Counted from the first letter of the stretch, positions 14,227 to 25,559 are shown. The stretch: 64,000 nt of DNA from the human T2T-CHM13v2.0 reference genome, Homo sapiens (GCF_009914755.1 NC_060935.1); one strand, 5' to 3'. The notes: generated from the sequence alone by a model not told the origin. Numbers and translations are program-made.

Positions 14227-15443
14227 CAATCACCTCAGCACAGCAGGGAGGTGAGGGGCTCAGCGCTAGGGAGGTGCAGGAAGCAGGCAGAAGCACACCA
14301 GACAGGGGCTCTTACTTGGAAGGTGTTAGACAAAGGTGTAGTGGAGTCCGTTGGTAAAAGGGGGGTAAGGTGGCACCGTCCTGGAAGACAGGGGGCCTTT
14401 AGGCGGGAGGAGGGCCAGCTGCTGTGCTAGATGGGGCACACAGGAATTAAGCGGTGTGTTAGACTCCTCATCAGCTCCTGCAGCACCAGATGCCCCATTT
14501 GGCAGGCTGGGGTGGCATGGGCCCTGCTGCCCACCACGAAGGGCCTGGGCTTGAGGGTGAGGGACAGATCCACGGGGCCTGGTGGGGAACCAGATGGGTC
14601 AGGCTGCAGTTCCTGGATATGTTTCTGAGATGGAGAGAGGCATCAAGAGTGAGGAAAGGCCGCAGCAAAGATCATCCCTGAGTAGGGAGGAAGAAAGGCC
14701 CTGGGAACTGGCCGCAGCATGTTAGGGCTGGGAGCGCTCATCTGCTGGCAATAAGGAGGCCGAGGATGGCAGACCCCCTCAGGGTTAGAGCAAGCAAGGC
14801 GAGAGGAGGGCATGGTATGGTGGGGGAGCCGCCCCTGCTCGAACCCTCCCCAGGAGAAGCTCAAAAGCTGCTAAGATGAACCCCTGGGTCATGAGAAGGA
14901 GAGGTCTGGATGAGCCATCTCCTGCATCCCTAATCCCAGAACACCACACCGGCCACCTCTCAGCCCATTCAGCATGTGCTCGAAGGGACAGAGGACAGCC
15001 GAGATTTCAAGGACTCTGTGCAGGATCAGGCTGTGGGGGACAGAGAACAGGTTTTGACTAAGACTATGGCCCCTCCCCTTGTTGCCAGTCACTCTCATGG
15101 CCCTCTGGGGCCACAGCAAAGCTCTGATCTCCAGACAAGACTCCCCAGGCCCAGGCATCTGAGGACCCTGCCGGCCACATCCTTGGCTACTTCTAGACAC
15201 TTTGGCCAGGGTTGGAGAATTGGTAGGGGCCATGACACCACTTCAGGCTCTATGGCTGTTCCCTCCCCAGAAGAAGCACACCTGGCCAGGAGCACCACCC
15301 AGACACACAGTGGCCTCTGCACTGGGGGAGAAATGGTACTGGGTGAATTGTGAAGGCACAAGGCACACACAAGCAGGTGAGCTGTGAGTGGAAGGAGGAG
15401 CCTGCGGTCTCCTTCCTGGCTGAGAGAAAGAGCAGCCCTTTTA

Positions 15444-15558
15444 TACACAGACACACACACATACACACAGTCACACACACACAGACACACAGACACACAT
15501 ACACACACACATAGACACACATTGAGACACACGGACACACACACACACACACACACAC
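15444..15558 (+). repeat. Imperfect (CA)n microsatellite, (UG)n in pre-mRNA
   Basis: Direct reading. Confidence 0.95.
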
Positions 15559-16127
15559 GTTCTCATCCCATGGTGTTATTTTTTTCCAATTGGACTGCAA
15601 AGTCCCACTTTCCAAGTCCTGTACTTTCTGGCACAGTACACTGTGATGAGGTGAACACTGGCTTTAGTTTAGAGACGAAGGCAGGGGGCCAGGGAAGGCA
15701 GGAGGGGCCCCCTTCTGCCTTGCCCCAGCAAGAAATCCAAGCATCAACCACTTTCCTGCCCCCTTCTTCATGAGGTCAGAAACCTTGGCCCCTTGGCTCA
15801 GCACCTTGAAAAACCTGTTCTTAGCTCATAGTCTCAGAGGAAGTGGGGTAGCAGCACCACTCCTCCTGGGACCTTTTTCCCCAGACACTTCTGAGCTTCT
15901 GGGCCCCCTTGGTCTCCTCCACTGTGTGGCCTGCTCCACCTTCCCTTCCAAGTCCTGCTGTGCTCATGGGACAGGATGCCGAGTGGTCAGGGGAACACAC
16001 CACTGACCCTCAACTACCATCCTTGACACCTGGTTTTCCACTGGCTCTGGAACAGGCCATGCTGGGCCCAAGCCCACAGGTGCAGTGGGGCAGGATCCAG
16101 GCCTTGGGGGCTGGGCCATGGCCTTAC

Positions 16128-16270
16128 CTGCCACCTGCTTGCTACGCTGGGAGGCCTCGGAGGCCAGGGCGTAGGAGATGTTGATGATGCGCTCCTGCTC
16201 CTGCAGCTGCAAGTCCAGGTCAGCCACACTGTTCTGGTCCTGGCCTGAGGTCGGCTGTAGGTTGCACATG
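16128..16270 (-). CDS. PLEKHA7: PLEKHA7 long-isoform exon (S)MCNLQPTSGQ...QEQERIINISYALASEASQRSKQVA(A)
   Basis: cctacAG|C acceptor, CAG|GTAAGG donor; 143 nt, phase 2/1. Confidence 0.92.
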
Positions 16271-17073
16271 CTGTAGGAGGGTCGGAAGCAGACCATGGGC
16301 CCTCCTGCCCTGGGTAGCAGCCTCAGGAGTGGAGGGTCTCCCTGGCCTAGAGGTTCTCAACATTTTGAGGGGGATCAGACAAAAACTGTGGTACTTTCTC
16401 CCTAGACAAAGGTACATGCTTTTCCCCAAACACCCAAACGGTCCCAGCTTTGTTCCTCCTTTGGGAAGGCCACAGACCTTAAGTTCACGGCTCTAGCTGG
16501 AGGCTCTTATTAAATTCAGACATGAGATGGCTAAGCCAGCTCTGAAAGGGAGGCTTACAAACAAGATTAAATTTCTGAAGCTATTGAGGCTTAGGGGACA
16601 GTAAAGTCACTTCAGAGGACCCCAGGCCAGCATCCAGGGGAGTGGGCAATGCCTCTGGTGCCCTACGGACAAGGCTGGCACCCTTGGCTCTGATCCGCTG
16701 GTCTGCATGAGGGTGCACAGGCCCGAATGCTGGCAGGCCATCACTGGAGCTGATCTCCAACGGGGTCCACTTCACGGCCACGCTTGGCTCCATTCTCCAC
16801 ACTTGCTAGGGTCACTTGGGACACAGAATTGGGGGTGACAGCCCAGGACAAGAAGCCTCTACGAATGTTGCAGGCCTTTCCAGATGACCCAGGCAGGCTC
16901 CCTTGCTGATCTGCTGGCGATGTACCAGCCTGCCCCCTCCAATGAGTAGGGCTTACCTGAGACGAAGACCTGGCAAAACACGCACCCCAGCCAGCCCGGC
17001 CCAGGGCCCACATGGTAGAGACGCCACCTGGGGTCAGGGTGACCTGCCAACACTTGAGCAAGCGAGGGCTGAC

Positions 17074-17207
17074 CTTGACCGGGCGAGGATGTTGCGGATC
17101 TTCTCGGCTTTGCGGTACCGCGCCTGCAGCTCCTCAAGGCTGGGTGGCTCTTCGGGATCTAGCTCCACGTAGCGCTCAGGGATTGACACCTTCTCTGGTT
17201 TGGACAG
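17074..17207 (-). CDS. PLEKHA7: PLEKHA7 long-isoform exon LSKPEKVSIPERYVELDPEEP...KAEKIRNILARS(S)
   Basis: tctccccAG|CTG acceptor, AAG|GTCAGC donor; 134 nt, phase 0/2; IPERY/ELDPEEP motif typical of the PLEKHA5/6/7 C-terminus. Confidence 0.92.
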
Positions 17208-19067
17208 CTGGGGAGAGGCCAGGAGGTGGCAGAGGGAGAGGCTCAGATGTCTGGGTTTAGGACTCGCTTTCCCCACCTCTGTCCCCTCCCACCATGGGAA
17301 GCAAGCAGAGTCCACAGAGACTAAGTAACTTGCTAAGATCACAAAATTAGTCAGTTGTGGAATCCAGGTTTGAACCTGAGTCCGACTCCAAAGCTCATGT
17401 TCCTTCCACTCCACCAGCCAACCTCCTACAGGCTGGGGGAAGGGAAGGGCGAAATAACTAGACTACAAGCTCTCAGGATAAAAAATGATCATCCTTAATG
17501 CCACCGTCAAGGCCCTAAGTGATCTGACCCCTGATGACCTCTCCAGCCACTGATCAACCAGTCCCTCCAGTTCCCCGCCCACAGTGGGGCCTCTGTTCTG
17601 TCTGGGAAGCTCTTCCTTTTGTTCCCTTGACTCTCATCTTTTCAACCTCACTTTGAGGATCCTTCTCTGATCCCCTCCACCCCCTCACTTTCCATTCACC
17701 ATTGTCTCCCTCTGTCTAATGCAGGGACTTAGTACTTAGTAGCCCTCCAACTAATTCTCCCTGAATGGATGGATAATGGATAAATGGATGATTGACAGGT
17801 GGGTGAATGAAAGGATGTGATGGTGCTTTCTGTCCCTAAAAAAGCTCTTCTGATCTAGACAGGAGGCAGCTATGCTGAATCTACTGCTGGCCAGAGGAAA
17901 ATGGCCCCAAATTTCACCTCACCAGCATCTCCCGTGGACCTAGTGGCAAACTCGGCTTGGTGAAACCTTGCTTGGACTAAGAACACTAAAGGAAGCTTCT
18001 GCATGCTCCAGGAACTTTTTCCTCCCTGAATTACAAAAGCACACTAAAATGGGGTGGGTTGAAGCTCCTAAAAACAAGCTTAATCCAATCCCAGGGCAAA
18101 TCAGGTCATGGATTTAAACCCACACGCAGCCCTTTCACTCTGTTGGAGATGGCAAGAAATAAGCTCTTCTCTGTTACTCCAATGAGGACAGATTTAGAGG
18201 AAGGAAGCAGATTACATTGTAGCAGGAGGAATTTAGGTTAGAGATAAGGAAGAACTTTTTCCCTGGGCTGGCAGGCAATCAGGACACTACAGAACACACT
18301 TCCCCTGCCAAGGCAGCATGTTGGGGCTTCTTTTGTGAATCTGAGAACGCACAGACCTTTGGCTGTTTCAGATGGCAAAGGAACAAGGTCTTGGGGCAGG
18401 GGACCAGCCTTGTTAACTCCTAGAGCCCCAGCAGACCCCAAAACTCAACAACTGTACAGGCATCTATCTTATCCACACACTGTTCCTTTGTTCCCAAAGA
18501 CCAGAGGAACCCCTAACATACTGAGTCAGGTAGATACCATTGGCAAATCAGCTTGTGAATGGGCCTGGCACCACCTCTTAAGACAGCAGGAAGGCTCTGG
18601 AAGACACAGGTCCTCCTCAGTTCTCACTCTCCTATCACACAGACCTGGGGGAAAGTTTTATTGAGGTCTCGCCTCGATCCATCCTTCATGTGGTGAGAAC
18701 ATTTCCTCTTGTGCAGTTTCCAGGCAGGCCAAGTCCTTGTACAAATGCTTTTGGTACATTTATGGGTCACTGTGTGATTCATTCAACACAGTCAAAGATG
18801 CAGCAAAGATGTACCACGTACCCACTGTGTGCCAGGCCCTGTGCCAGGGACTAGGGATACAAAGGTGAACCAAGCAGCCATAGACGCTGCCCTGAAGAGC
18901 TTAGGAATAGCATCGACATAGGCCACAGGAGACAATCTACGTCTTGAAGACACTGAGTGTGTCATCCCGAGTTCCCTTTCTCTCCCCTTGGGTAGAGACA
19001 TTTCCTGATGGGTAGAGATCCAGGAGTTACTTGCTCTCCTGGGCCTGCCCTGTCATGATGCATGTGA

Positions 19068-19083
19068 GCCACCAGAGGGCACC
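19068..19083 (+). promoter_or_regulatory. CTCF motif GCCACCAGAGGGCACC
   Basis: Strong match to CTCF core. Confidence 0.6.
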
Positions 19084-19602
19084 AGAAGAATTCAGACCAG
19101 AACTCTGCACTGTCTCCTAGCTTCTACCATGGCTGGAAATTTCGCCTGTGATTTTCAAACCTGCCCCCCATTTTCCCCTAGTCAGACTGCCCAAGTTGGC
19201 CTCACCAGCCAGTTGAAAAGCCAACCCCTGGTGTTGCAGGGAACATTTCCTAACAATAACAACTGCTGCTCACGTGCCTACTATGTGGCTTTGATCGCTA
19301 AACCTCCCAAGAACATGTGCAGTTACTTAATCCTCTTCACAACCCACTTCACTGTTGAGGAAACTGAAGCACAGAGAAGCTAAAATTGCAATTTGCCCTA
19401 AATTACAGAGAGTTTTGAACCTTCATCGAAACATCTGGCCTCCTTTCATTGCCTTAAGCTGCTATCCATCCATCCTCCTAGGCCACACTGAAGCTGAGCC
19501 ATGTCCCTGTTCAGGATGATACCCCACAGTGGGAAGGTGGATCAGGCTGGGAACTTGAAGGCCATGTCTCCTGGAGGACATGAAGGAAGTGCCTGCCCTC
19601 AC

Positions 19603-19761
19603 CTCTCTGCTGATGTCCAAGTCATAGTCTTGAGGCTCCAGGTCCAACTCAGTGACAGGCATGGCCTGCACTTTCAACCAGCCATTCTCCTCCTTGTCCT
19701 TTTTTTCCCCTTGCACGACCCGTTCCAGCAACTGCAGGTCAAAGTCCTGCTCACGCTTCCA
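19603..19761 (-). CDS. PLEKHA7: PLEKHA7 long-isoform exon WKREQDFDLQLLERV...DYDLDISRE
   Basis: tgttgccAG|TGG acceptor, GAG|GTGAGG donor; 159 nt, phase 0/0. Confidence 0.92.
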
Positions 19762-21054
19762 CTGGCAACAGAACAAGAGGTTAAACGTAGTCGCTTCCTG
19801 ATTGCTGAAAGAGCCCGGCTGGTCACCTTTTTCCATGGGGTCCTTTGGAAGATGAACCTGTGATCCCCTTAGGGAAAAGCTGTATGTGCAATAGAGAATG
19901 AAGCTGCTGTCCCCTTCATATGGGCTGTTCCAGACTGCTAAGTGCTCTCTGATCTGGGTTCCCAGAGGTTTCAAACATACACCCTTGGGGCACAGGTCTA
20001 AGACTCATGACTTCAGGCTCACAGTGCTCCCCAGGGAAATAGAAGGCTCCCAGAGAGGGTGACCTCCAAACAACTTGGGACAGAGTTCTAGAGAAGGGAT
20101 TTGTCCCTTCCACTCTCTACAGCTGGTTCAGGAGACATACGTCCCAGGCTCAGAATTAATGGAAAAACACGCCCTTCAAGGCCCTGCTAAGCAAGAAGAA
20201 TAACCAAGGATCTTTCTATTGGGAATTTTCAACAAGATAACATTCGTAGGTGGGGGATCTCGCAGTTACAGTAGGGCTGGGGAGGTACAAGCAAAAGCAG
20301 CTTGGAGCCAATGAGGCAGAAAAACTGCTGTATGAGACCCATCTATTTGAGATAGATGTTTTCTTTAAATTAGAAAAAAAAACTAAATCATATAAAATTG
20401 AAATGCTAAATCAAATGGAATGTTTCTAAGGCTGTTTCACAGTATCAACTTTGTAACAAGCTTCCCAAGAGGGAAAATCTAACCGATAAGATCCAACCAT
20501 GACTGTCCAGCTCCGTGGTGACTTCCTGTTGACCCAGGACCTGCATCCTCACAGGCCTTTGACCGCTGAGCAGGTTGTTGAGAACAGAGCAGGCTCAAAG
20601 CCTCTCTTCCCCTGAGCAAAACCAAAGCAGATGCTTATCTATCCCAGGCCATCTTCTCTCTCCCATCCATCCACCTCAAAGCCCCAAATGGTCCTGATTG
20701 TCTTTGATGCCTCAAGTCCCTCCAGAACCCCAAACCCAGAGCCATATTCGCACATTTCACCCATTCATGCACAAGCTCTCAATAATGACTCCAAATCAAT
20801 GTAATCACTCTTAGGTGATGGTTTCCAACTATTGTTGGAAAGGATTAGGCAACTGAAGTTCCAAAGATGAAAAAATCAATTTAATGATTCACAAAGAAAA
20901 CACTCATTTCCTTACACGCTCACAAATGCTCCAAATAGAGACAAGTCCTCATTTAAACCCAGCCTGATTGTTTCCACAAACAGGAAAAGTTCACTAGACT
21001 CTATAAGGTATCCTGGGGAAGAACCACGCCAATCCATTATTATTAAGCAACATG

Positions 21055-21060
21055 TTTATT
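21055..21060 (-). terminator. Poly(A) signal AATAAA, proximal (short isoform)
   Basis: tttatt on + strand, upstream TGTA elements on - strand, about 1.4 kb after the short-form stop. Confidence 0.7.
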
Positions 21061-21932
21061 GGCGTTGATGCAGAGACTTACACAAGTCTTCTTTTTTAAG
21101 AGAAAAATTACAAGGTATTCAAGTTACGATTTTTAGATAATCTCTACATTTGAGACATCAAATTATAAAAGGTCAGTGTTACCCCATATGACATTTGTTT
21201 TAAAAGTTTAAAGGTTACCAGGTTTGCAGCTTTTAAAGATATGAATGTCCTGGGCCTTACCCCTTTGGTGTCTGAGCTAGCAGCTGCAGAGAGGCCCTCT
21301 GAATACACAGTATATTTTGCTATCCCTTCAAGTTATTAAATACCAGAAACACAAAAGGTTTTCCATAAGAAATTGTGTGATTGGACTACAGGAATTAAAA
21401 CCGAACAACCTCAGTCTTGGGAGAATGTATTCAAACGTGCAATCTCTGAAGTCCCTGTCTACTGTCCAGGTGTAAAGCATGGATTTTTATAAATTAATAA
21501 TGCCCAGACCTCTGCCAATGACTGTGGCGTCAGGCAGCAGGTTGGCTCAGGCTTGTGGGGTGGCTTTTGGGACAAGTGAATTATGAGTCAGTAGGCCTGC
21601 ATGAAGAGGGCAGCAGAAAGGTGAGTCACATCTGGGAACACTCAACAGGCTATGGAGACAAGAACCGCTATTACAAGCCCGGTAATAAGTAGCACAGGCC
21701 AGTTAGAGCATGTTCAATGCAAATCAGAAGCTTCTGTAAACACAATCAGGCAGGATTAGAGAGGCAATGAGCGGTAACACTAAAAGCAAAGGAGCTTGTG
21801 CAATGAATTAGGGAAAGAACAATCAGGCTAGAGGTTTAGGGAAACATGGGATTTCAAACAACAGGGAAAAGTCAAATGGAATGTTTCCAAAGGGACCTAA
21901 GGTGACTGTGGACAGGGCGCAGCGCCAGGAAG

Positions 21933-21950
21933 CGCCACCAGGGGGCAGCA
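21933..21950 (+). promoter_or_regulatory. CTCF consensus motif CGCCACCAGGGGGCAGCA
   Basis: Near-perfect match to CTCF core CCASYAGRKGGCRS. Confidence 0.7.
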
Positions 21951-22463
21951 CAGGCCTCCCCAGCAATCCCAGACACCCTGAGGCCTCTGCACTGCAAGCC
22001 CAGGGAGACCAGTGGCCCTTGGGGCAGGGGTGTGACCCCGTGCTCCATCACCCTCACACAGCATCTGCTGGCAGGTCTGGGAGGCTGATCAGTTTGCTTG
22101 TGCTTCTAACCAAATCATGTCACCATCTTCCTCCTCTCCTCTCTGAACCCTGTATTCCCAGGTCCTGAATTCAGCCGAGATTCCGAACGCCTGCAAAGGC
22201 CCCTCTCCATCGCGGCTGGGAGGACTGACTGGGTATTTCCTCAGGCTCCTGGGCCTGTTTGATCCTCACTCCAGCTCTGGTTCAGGTCACCCTCTGACCA
22301 GGCATTCGTCCAGCCTGGGTCGTGGACAAACAGCCCCGTGGGGTGTTCTCTGAACCATGTAGGTCAATGGACAGCTCTCTCACTGGGAGGTGTGATGTGC
22401 TTGTGTTTGGGGGACTCTGAGGGGCACTCGGCTCCCTGTCCCTGCCCCGCTGCCTGGCCCCTC

Positions 22464-22673
22464 CTAACATACTGAGCCAAGATCTCCAGGGAGCGGCCGG
22501 CTGAGGTAGCGAGATGAGGGCAGGCCCGTCCTCTCCCCTTGGCCCAGTGTCCTCTTGCGCTCTCGGACCAGGGCCTTCTGGTGTCGCTTCATGCGCTCCA
22601 GCTGCTCCTCTGCACTCATCTTGCCTCGCTGGTGATCCCCTGAGTACAGGCGCTCCAAGGCACTCTTAGGTCT
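22464..22673 (-). CDS. PLEKHA7: PLEKHA7 composite exon RPKSALERLYSG...PGDLGS; spliced at 22473 (long form) or read through to VC-stop (short form)
   Basis: ttcctcAG|AGA acceptor; TCA|GTA TGT TAG is both a donor and Val-Cys-stop. Confidence 0.95.
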   Translation of the reverse strand, partial: RPKSALERLYSGDHQRGKMSAEEQLERMKRHQKALVRERKRTLGQGERTGLPSSRYLSRPLPGDLGSVC

Positions 22674-23151
22674 CTGAGGAAGAGGAGGCAGGCAAGAGAG
22701 ACACAGAACAGCTGGGCTGGGCACGCAGAGGACAGCCACCCTGCTGGCTGCATTCCCGTTGTCTCTCTCTCACACACATGCACACTCTAGTTGGGCTCCT
22801 CTTGGCCTTAGAGAACTATTTCCTCTAAGCAACACGATGCCCCCAACCCTCAGGAGCTTTCTGAGTAGCACCCATTCTGCAGATGCAGACACTTAGGCTC
22901 AGGCCTGTCCAGTGAGGCCAGAACCCAGGGTGCAGGCTTCTTGAGCTCCCTCCTGCCACCCTGACAGGCCAGAGAGAAAGGCAGGATGCCCTCCTTGGTG
23001 GACAGTGGGTGACAGGGAGCTCAGGAGGGGCTGAGGCCACCCCAGAGGCCATCCCCAGGGCTGAAGGGATGGCCAGTTACTGTCCCCCTGGGAGACCCTC
23101 CCTCCCCATGTGAAGGAGCAGGGAGGTCCTCGACAGCTCAAGGCCACTCAC

Positions 23152-23255
23152 AGGGAAGGTCGCCTTGCTGCTTTCGGCATTGAGACCCCTCCGGAGTGTG
23201 ACGTAGGGAGCAATGGTGGACGACTGCTGGAGCCTTGACGTGGACCCTGAGAGCC
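23152..23255 (-). CDS. PLEKHA7: PLEKHA7 coding exon (G)LSGSTSRLQQSSTIAPYVTLRRGLNAESSKATFP
   Basis: ctaAG|GG acceptor, CCT|GTGAGT donor; 104 nt, phase 1/0. Confidence 0.93.
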
Positions 23256-24174
23256 CTTAGTGAGGAAAGAGAAGTGCAAGCATGTTTGTGCTGGGGTGGA
23301 TGGGTCCCTGCTTCTCCCTCATCACACATTCTTGCAGGAGTACCAAGAGCACCCAGTCAATGACCCACCCTTATTTCTCTTCTTCCTCCCCAGGGCATGG
23401 AGGAGCAAGGTCCCCAATAGAGGATGGGGGCCAGCCCAGGGGTGACCTTTGTCCCTGATGGGGGGCAGTGTCCCTGCAGATCTGTGGACCACCCCAGGCT
23501 TCCCTTACATGCAGATGACTGGGCTGCCTGGCAGGTAGAAAGGCTGGCGGGGCAGGAATGCCTTTCACCCCCTGATCCATTCTTAGGCACCCTGCACAAC
23601 CCAACTTGGGGTGAGGAGGACAGTGAGAAGGACACTCAACTGGCAAGAAAGCATTTAAGGAAAGGGCTCACTGAGTCTTAGAGTGGCACTCTGGAAGGTC
23701 TGAGATGGCCAAGGTGGTGGCAGCCACCCAGCACTCCGGCCTACAGGGTGCAGTGACTCTGGAGCCAGAGCACTGGGATTGTCTTCCGGTTCCACCAATG
23801 ACCAGCTAATTGGCAAGTTATTTAATTTCTCTGGGCCTTAGTTTCTGTGTCTCTAAAATGGGGATGACAGTACTTTCCTCATAGGATTGTTGTGAATATC
23901 ATGTCTATATAAAGTGCTTAAACAGTGCCAGGCTTTCTAGTAACTGCTATTATCATTGTTCCTGGGGACAGATGTAACAAAAGAGGAAGAGAATCAGGAT
24001 GTGGGCCAGAGGAAGACAGGCCAGGTCCTCCCTCTTGGCATCCCAGACCCCCCTGACAGCTGCTGCTCACTCCTAGGCCTAGAGCTGCAGGCAGAAGGGT
24101 ACGAGGCACCAGCTGAAGGCTGGAAGCAGTGTGGTGGGATTCCCAGAGAAACTCCAGGGAGGGCCCTGCCTTAC

Positions 24175-24292
24175 CTCTGCCTGGCAGCGTCTGGTACCTG
24201 CTCTCAGGGCCCACAAGTCCTAGGGAGGGCTGGGCCATGTCCCCGCTGAGGGTCGCCAGCTCAGGCTCACTGACATACGACCGCAGCTCCAC
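24175..24292 (-). CDS. PLEKHA7: PLEKHA7 coding exon VELRSYVSEPELATL...YQTLPGR(G)
   Basis: ccacAG|GTG acceptor after a 95-nt intron, AGAG|GTAAG donor; 118 nt, phase 0/1. Confidence 0.95.
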
Positions 24293-24387
24293 CTGTGGGC
24301 AGAGTCCCAGGTGATGTGACCTGCCAGTGTCACACCCCTTTACCTCTCCCCACATGTAGAGTGGCAGCCCCAGGGTCCCCCGCTCAC

Positions 24388-24576
24388 CCTGGAATCCCCA
24401 TTCACACACTGCCCCAGCTCCCGGTCTCGCTTCCTCTCGTCTGACTGCCGCTTGAGGCCCCGCACAGATGTGTGCCGGATGATGGTGGCCTCTCTTGGCA
24501 GAGGCGGCACAGCCGGGGGCTGGTCCTCTGGGCTGTAGAGTTCGGGGAGTGGGGGCCTGGGAGGTGCTTCATCTTC
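24388..24576 (-). CDS. PLEKHA7: PLEKHA7 coding exon (Q)EDEAPPRPPLPELY...IIRHTSVRGLKRQSDERKRDRELGQCVNGDSR
   Basis: Tandem acceptor tttctCAG|CAG|GAA (start 24579 or 24576), AGG|GTGAGC donor; 189 or 192 nt. Confidence 0.94.
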
Positions 24577-25559
24577 CTGCTGAGAAAGAGAACCAGACCA
24601 GTGGTCAGCGAGACGGAGCTGGAGGGAGGACTGCTAGGTACTGCCACAGTGGAGGTTTAAAGGGTAGGAACAGGCCACATCAGAGCCACAGAACATGACT
24701 GCCTCAGCCAAGGAGCACTCACACTTCCCCTGGCGGAGCAGTGAAGAAGGGACATGCTCTGCTCCTCTATCCCCTCAGAGGTATACAGTTTCTATTCCTC
24801 CAAGTGTTACCTGTATAACTGTGTCCTGAAACCCAGGACTCAGGTCTCCTGGGTCCATGCCCTCGGTGCTGTGCTGAACTGCTCCCTCCGCTCATCTGGA
24901 GTGCACATCGCAGGCAGGCTGCTAACCCTGCCCTGACTTCCATGCTTATCACAGCACCACCTACCTGGAGAGTAACATCTACCCACTCAGCAGTGCTCAG
25001 CCTGAGCCGGCTCATTGGCCCTACACGAGCTCTGGCGCCTTCAGCAAGGTGGGGACCTGAACAAGGACAGAGTCTACATCCTCCTGGCCTTTCTATCAGA
25101 AATGTGCATGGTTACAAAATATTTCCTCCTTCCTGACTCAGACAGAACAGGCGGTCAGGATGAGTGACTCACTGCCTACCATGCAGTTCATTCCCTAGAA
25201 TGTGATGAATGCAACATTTTCCTTGAAACTCCCTGTCCACAGTGTTCTGTGAGGGCTGTGGTTCCTCTACATATCAACAGACCGGCCCCTGGTTGCCATG
25301 AACACCCACTCGCAGGACTAACGACCATCATGCCTTCCACCTCCTAAATTCCCTCTTTCTCGGTCTAATTTGGTTTTGTTTTTAAGAATTTTGCAGAGTT
25401 CAGGAAAGGGCACTCCAAGCTCTTGGAAAGTTCAGGAAAGAGCACTCCAAAGCAAAGGTTTATCAACAATCTTCACTGATGTGTGAAAGTTAAGCCATCT
25501 GCCTAAGATACGCACTGGTTCTCTGAGGATCCACAGTTTCCAATCCTGACAAGATATCC

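Larger units (their letters stand above)
21035..22463 (-). other. PLEKHA7: 3' UTR of short PLEKHA7 isoform (intronic in long isoform); 3' end approximate
   Basis: Runs from TAG at 22464 to AATAAA at 21055-21060; AU-rich distal part. Confidence 0.7.

Noticed and set aside
15095-15773. CV-repeat and HT-repeat 'proteins' in the ORF track
   Set aside because: Translations of the (CA)n microsatellite; only the part below the 15321 acceptor is kept as a candidate.
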